Shown: positions 56,009 to 64,000 of the stretch, piece after piece
Layout of the letters: each line of letters starts with the position of its first letter
Position numbering within the stretch: the stretch's first letter is position 1
Source of the DNA: the human T2T-CHM13v2.0 reference genome, Homo sapiens
Strand: one strand, 5' to 3'
NCBI RefSeq assembly: GCF_009914755.1
Contig: NC_060930.1
Length of the DNA stretch: 64,000 nt
Translations under genes and position numbers: made by a program
Notes under the pieces: model-generated
The model's input: only the letters and a program-made list of their open reading frames with translations
Told to the model about the DNA's origin: nothing
The model's database searches: none

Positions 56009-56963
56009 AGAGTTACTCTAATATGCTGCTCTTGACTCTTGGCCATGTTGATGTCCTATGTAAATGAGGTGGAGAAGCCAGAACTACTTTGGCAGAATAT
56101 TGAGGAGGGAGTAATAAGGCACATGGCAGTGAAAATGTTAAAACAAAAAAATATGTATTACACTTATTAAATATGATCAGAAAACCCACTATCTGATTAT
56201 ATTTCCCAGGAATCCCTGAAAGATATTTGCTTCACTAAAGCAGTAAGAAATGCACCAAGGAAGTTTGTACTGGGATCTTTCAGAAACTCAATGACACATT
56301 TCTTCTATACGTTGAAGAGATGCAGTCTTGAAACTGGCCTTCTAGTATCAATGGACGTAATAAGATTCTGGAATGGCAGAGGCCAGGGAGTGGCACCTAA
56401 CAGAGGCAATACGGACATCACTGCTATAATAGATAGCAAGGCTGGAATGGCGATCAGAGTGGCTTGACCTACAGACATCTGTGGTGATGGTTAATAGATC
56501 ATGCTGTTCCTAGGAGCAAGACAGATGGATACCCAATCAATCAGGATGTTACTTATTTACCTTATAAAATAAAACACAAAACAACTGAAGAGAAGACTGA
56601 CATCGGCTGCAAAGTGGAAAAATATTGTGGTCTCTCACCCAGTTTTTAGCCAGTTCATAGGTGACAGCCTGTGATCAAAGAGGAGTATATGTCTCCTTGA
56701 GGAAGGACCATCTAAAACCTGCTCAAGTATGTACGATAAACATTCCCCCAATTATTCCCCAAAAGCTCTTGCAGCCATTTACTAAAAAAACCGTACACTG
56801 GGGAAAGGCATTTTCCAGGCATTTTGAGGACTATTACATAACAGGGTCTGAACTGCCACCAAAACAAGCAAACATAAAATGCCATCATAGACCACTGGGT
56901 AGAGAAAGGACGTATGGAGGCCAGGTAATAAATGCAGTTCTGGCCCTAGTCCTCGTTACTATG

Positions 56964-57316
56964 CGTATTAGTCCGTTTTCACGCTGCTGCTGAAGATGTA
57001 CCCAAGACTGGGCAATTTACAAAAGAAAGAGATTTAATGACTTACAGTTCCACATGGCTGGGGAAGCCTCACAATCATGGCGGAAGGCACGAAGGAGCAA
57101 GTCACATTCCACATGGATGGCGGCAGGCAGAGAGAGAGACTGGGCAGGGAAACTCCCCCTTATAATACCGAAGAATCTCATGAGACTTATTCGCTATCAC
57201 GAGAACAGCATGGGAAAGACCTGCCCCCATGATTCAATTACCTCCCACCGAGTCCCTCCCACAACACGTGGGAATTCAAGATGAGATTTGGGTGGGGACA
57301 CAGAGAAGCCATATCA
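56964..57316 (-). mobile_element. THE1B solo LTR
   Basis: CGTATTAGTCCG...GGGAATTCAAGATGAG..CCATATCA; TSD CT(A/G)TG. Confidence 0.9.
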
Positions 57317-57712
57317 CTGTGAGTCCAAAAATTCTACAAAATAGAATCCTGAAGAATAGGAAATAACCTATTCTGTGGCTATATCCCCAGTTCTCATATG
57401 TGAAGTTTGAATGGACACACTTAACAGCTGGCCAAATTTTTACAGCCCCTGACCTATTGTCAAAAGTTATTGACCTATTACCAAAAGTTATTATGGTAAG
57501 AGTAGCTAGAAAATAACCCTGAAAAACGCCTCCTGCCACCAAAGTGCCAAGATAGCAAATCAGAAACACATCCCAAGAGGAATTCTGGGAATAAGCACAA
57601 CTCAGATATTTAAAGGATGCAGACGTGTTGGTTTCCATCACATCCCTGTTTAATTTACCTATATGACTCCTGCAAATACCAGATAGATCATGATGGCTAA
57701 TAGTGACATATT

Positions 57713-58839
57713 TTTTTCATTTTCATTTTAGCCACCCTCAGTCCCCCAACCAGGGTCCCCATCTTCCCTCCCCATCCCTGCTTAACCTCACTCAGAGCAG
57801 CCAAGCCCTCAGTCCCCAGCCCCAACTCTCAGCTTTCCTCCCTCATGACTTTGGGATCTGCATGGCTGTCCTTTCACACATCCCAGCAGCTTTTGATGCC
57901 AAGAACTCCATCACTGCTCCTTGATGCTTCTCCCTTTTCCACCGCTAGGACACCACCCTTACCTGGTTCACCTCCTACTTGGGCATCCAGAGTATTTGTC
58001 ACTTTCTTGTGTTCTCTGCCATCTTTGAGATGTTAGGAGCCCCAGGGCTCAGTCTCAGGCCTTGTTCTCCACTGTGTTCTGGGGAGACGTCATCCTCTCT
58101 CCCAGCTTCAGTGCCTCCATCCCCCACCACACATTGATGCTTCCTGGACCATCTTTGTCTTTAGCCCATAAGATGCTTCTAGGTCCCTGCCCCCAGGGTC
58201 CAGCCCCCTCAGAGTGAACATGTCCCAAACCTGCCTTTGTACCTTCCCTGTGTATCTGCTCCTCCTAGTTGCCTAGACTTGAGCCCCATTCTCTACGGCC
58301 TGGGCCATGCCCATCCTCCTTCGAGGCCTCCCCACCCTCAGTCTTCCCCTCTGGTCCAGACCTCTCGCCAGCCCCTAAGGAATATTCCAGATACACAGAT
58401 CTGTCTGACACCCTCCTTACTGGCACTTGGAGGTCTTCACAGTCCCACATTTTCCTTTCCCAAATCTCACCCATGCATGGGAGGCTTCGTGGGTCAGAGC
58501 ACAGTTTTGCAAGGTTCAGCTCTAAGACCATCTCCTCCAAGGAGCCTTCCCTTTCTCCTCCCACGTGAGTGCCCCTCCCCAGTTCCTCATTCCACCAGGT
58601 CCTGACCATACCCTGCTGGCAGTGTCTATACCCCGCTCTGTCACTCCCACACCTCCTCTGATGCTGGGCCAGCCGTGTGGAACAGGTGGTAGGGACAGAT
58701 GAATGAATGAATGAATGAATGAATGAATGGAGTGAATGACGGAAAGTGGTCCGGAGGCAGGGGCTCAGAGCAAGGAGAGGGATAGACCAGTCTTCAGAGG
58801 AGCTCCCCTAGCCCTTGAAGTCCCTGCCGCCACCTGAAG
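57713..58839 (-). mobile_element. Retro-copied non-autonomous sequence (L2-containing) with degenerate poly(A) and 15-bp TSD
   Basis: TSD TAAT(A/G)GTGA(C/T)ATATT at 57698-57712 and 58840-58854; T-rich tract at 57711-57729; ERVL RT is continuous across it; L2 (TGAA)n end at ~58700-58730. Confidence 0.7.
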
Positions 58840-59187
58840 TAATGGTGATATATTAAATTTAACCACCTGGTAGCTTCAACTGCAGTTGAGGGGCTGAATG
58901 TAGCATCTTGAATAAAAAAAATCAACACAAGCTCTAGCACATGGTGTATAGCTCTTGATCTTACAAACATGTTCTTTTCAATATCTCACTATAAAGATCA
59001 AAAAACTTTACTTTTACATGAGAAAGTCAGAAGTACATTTTACTATCTTGACCCAGGGTCAATAAACTCTTCTGCTTTCTTCATAATACGGTCCACAAAA
59101 TTCTTGATGATCTCAATATTTTCTAGGAAATCAAGTGGGTCCACTATGATATCATACTACATTGACTTGGTGAATAAAAAGGGACAA

Positions 59188-59358
59188 GTTAGCCGGGCAT
59201 GGTTGTGTGCACCTGTAATCTCAGCTACTTGGGAGGCTGAGGTGAGAGGTCACTTGAGCCTGGGAGACTGAGGCTGCAGCGAGCCATGATCGTGCTACAG
59301 CACTGCAGCCTGGGAGACAGAGCAAGACCCTGTCTCAAAAAAAAAAAAAAAAAAAGAA
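59188..59358 (+). mobile_element. Alu right monomer (FRAM/AluJ)
   Basis: TTAGCCGGGCATGG...poly(A). Confidence 0.88.
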
Positions 59359-60072
59359 AGTGACACGTACTCTGGATGCCCAAGTAGGACCCATGTATGC
59401 CAGAGGATGGCAGATAAATACTATAAAGGTTTTGGAGGTCCAATATTCTGAGAAGTCATGGATAGTCCTAAGGAACAGGAAAACTTGTTGCACCTTACAC
59501 ATCTACCACTAAGAAAGAGGCACAGAGCTTGGTGGGCCTGTTTAGATTTCGGCATATACTGAATTTGGGAATATTGTTCCAACCCATTTATTAAGTGATT
59601 CAAAGGCTGCCAGCTTTGAGTGGGTCCAAAAGGAAGAGAAGACACATCAGCAGTTTTAGGCCACTTGGGTCATATGCTAACTATGAATCAATGATGTTAG
59701 AGGCATCCTTGATATTTAATAATTTAAGGATATTGTAGGTTGCTGGCAAACTTTAATAGAAGAGTTACAATCCAGATTCTGACAGAATGTGATCCTTCTG
59801 GGGGCAGAGAAGGTGATGTTTGTCATTTGGAAAGCAACTTCAGGTGTGCTACTAGGCCCTAAGAGAGACTGAGCTTCTGACATGGGACACCAAATGACTG
59901 TGTGACCAGAGCTACCCATCATGGATATAACAGCCATTAAACTATATATTCAGATGAGTGAAGCAGCAATTCCTTATAAAATGTAAATGGTGCACACAAA
60001 ATAAAGTCCAGCATGTCCATGGACCACAAGCAAATTACATAAGCAGGTGACCCAAGCTCCATTGTCTCTTAT

Positions 60073-60383
60073 TTCTTTTTCTTTTCTTTTTTTTTTTTTT
60101 AAACTGAGTTTCACTCTGTTGCCCAGGCCAGATCATGCAATGGTGCAATCTCGGCTCACTGCAACCTCTGCCTCCTGGGTTCAGGCGATTCTTCTGCCTC
60201 AGCCTCCTAAGTAGCTGGGATTACGGGAGCCCACCACCATGCCCAGCTAATTTTTGTATTTTTATTAGAGACAGGGTTTCACCATGTTGGCCAGGCTGGT
60301 CTCGAACTCCTGACCTCAGGTGATCCACCTGCCCCAGCCTCCCAAAGTGCTAGGATTACAGGCATGAGCCACCGCGCCCAGGC
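60073..60383 (-). mobile_element. AluS
   Basis: TSD TGTCTCT(T)ATTTCT. Confidence 0.93.
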
Positions 60384-60599
60384 CCATGTCTCTATTTCTA
60401 TTGCAACAATGCCTCACTTTGCACCTATGACCAACTGATGGGGGAAGATGTGACTTAGGCTTGGTTGTCAGATGGGTCACTCAGGATGTTGTTGTGAGCC
60501 ACGAACGGACTGCTGGAACACACAACTCTACCCAAGAATGGTGCAAAAGGAGAGCAGTAAGGGAAAAATCCGTCCAGAGGCACAGCTATGTGTGCTAAT

Positions 60600-61393
<794 letters not shown>

Positions 61394-61974
61394 TCCCAAA
61401 GAAACTCACACAGAGGTGCCTAGGCATATGCAGGGATGTTTAGGCCAATGTTGTCTATCACTGACGGGAGTTGGTGGTAAACTATGTGTTGTTCATCATT
61501 AGAATGAATAAGTTAAATGCTGAAGTTTATCCCACATTATGAAATACTATACATGTACATCTAAAACATGAATTCATCTTAAAATGATACCATCGACTAA
61601 AAACAAAAAGAATACAGCAAGATCTATAGCACGGTGTAATTCATGAGTATGTAAAACTTGCACATATAAAACACTATCTACATATATTTTATATGTATAT
61701 ATTTAAAAAATATATACATGTTCAAGGATATGTTATTAATGGCATCGCATTCTAGAGCAGGAGCCCAAGACTGGGAGTAGGTATAGGACAATAGAACTGG
61801 AAGAGGATATTGGAAAACACACACACAAAAAAATTATAACATATCAGCAGCACCTTAAATGAAACAGTGATAATTGTGTGTCATTAACCAAGAAGTATGT
61901 GTAGTCCATCTCTCTGATCCAAGGCCAAACAAATAAACCAAAAAACTCTACCATGAACAGAATGCAAAGGCAAT

Positions 61975-62288
61975 TCTTTTTTTTTTTTTCTTTTTGAGAT
62001 GGGGTCTCACTCCATTGCCCAGGCTAGAGTGCAGTGGCGAGATCACAGCTCACTGCAGCCTCAACCTTCTGGGGTTCAAGCAATCCTCCTGCCTCAGCCT
62101 CCCTCCCAAATAGCTGGGATCACAGGTGCACACCACCACCTCCAGCTATTTTTTTTGTTTTTATTTTTAGTAGAGATGAGGACGCATTATGTTGCCCAGA
62201 CTAATCTCAAACTCCTGGACTCAAGTGATCCTCCTGCCTCAGCCTCCCAAACTGCTTGGATTACAGGCATGAGCCACCACACCTGGCC
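61975..62288 (-). mobile_element. AluJ
   Basis: TSD CAAAGGCAA. Confidence 0.92.
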
Positions 62289-62322
62289 ACAAAGGCAAAT
62301 TTAAAACTATGGAAAATATTTA

Positions 62323-62823
<501 letters not shown>

Positions 62824-63152
62824 TTAAACACTGCTCGTGGGAAAAAAATGTGGTACAAACTTTCTGGAGGAGAATTTAGCATACATTAAAAATGCCATAA
62901 AAATCTGCTCTAAAAACCTACAAATCTTTGGCATAGCATTTTCAGGTCTAGAAATAGATCTTAAGGAAATTTTAAAAGTACACAGATATTTAGTTACAAG
63001 GATGTTATGGTGAAATTGTTTCTCACTACTTAAATGTGGGGCAAAAGTGATTAGATATTGGCAAAGGAAATTGTGACATATTCATATAAAACAGGATAGT
63101 ATCACTGAAGTAGTATAATAAGATGGGAATGTGTTTGAAATATAGCAAAGTG

Positions 63153-63507
<355 letters not shown>

Positions 63508-63539
63508 TCATTTTGTGATTTAACACTTTAATAGCATTT

Positions 63540-63853
63540 TTCTTTTCTTTTCTTTTTCTTTTTTGAGGCAGAGCCTCGCTTTGTTGCCTAGGCTGGAGTC
63601 CAGTGATGCGATCACAGCTAACTGCAGCCTCCACCTCCCGGGTTCAAGCAATCCTACCACTTCAGCTTCCTGAGTAGCTGGGACTACAGGTGCGTACCAC
63701 CACACCCGGATAATTTTTGTATTTTTTGTAGAGAAGAGGTTTCCTTATGTTGCCCAGGCTGGTCTCAAATTCCTGGGCTCAAGCGATCCATCCACCTTGG
63801 TCTCCCAAAGTACTGGGATTACAGGTGTGAGCCAGTGAGCCACCATTCCCAGC
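63540..63853 (-). mobile_element. AluJ
   Basis: Antisense dimer; TSD TAGCATTTTT. Confidence 0.92.
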
Positions 63854-64000
63854 CCTTTCCTAGCATTTTTAATCATAAAAGTTTCACATTCACTTAAAAA
63901 ATCTGGATAATAAAGGTCAAAGAACACAAAAGTCACCCACAATTTCACCAACCAGATATATAATGTATTTTATATAAATGAGAATCTAATGTTAACAAAT

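Overview
Primate (human-type) genomic DNA, repeat-dominated. The only protein-coding sequence I can support is one minus-strand first coding exon (9301..9013) in a CpG island. It encodes an NHS-family WAVE/Scar-homology N-terminus (MPFHQRTLEP...LEQVSSHALGCLLAQLADLSRCAGDIFGELE...), which I recognise as the long-isoform first exon of NHSL1; bases 1-9012 would be its first intron. An antisense lncRNA (NHSL1-AS1/FLJ46906, from recall) probably overlaps the island. The rest is layered transposon fossils: about 45 Alus, a full-length decayed L1PA (22.5-28.6 kb), a near full-length Hsmar1 with both TIRs, a two-LTR THE1D, MST/MLT/THE1B LTRs, MER2, MER20B, MIR/L2, and an old LTR16-type ERVL provirus (50.7-60.6 kb) carrying many later insertions. 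The most unusual signals are (i) a 1.13-kb non-autonomous, apparently retro-copied sequence in the ERVL RT with a 15-bp TSD, (ii) an inverted local copy 2.5 kb away that preserves the empty pre-insertion site, and (iii) two further short local duplications at element junctions. I found no new gene system. Repeat subfamily calls come from recalled consensus sequences, and boundaries without TSDs are approximate.
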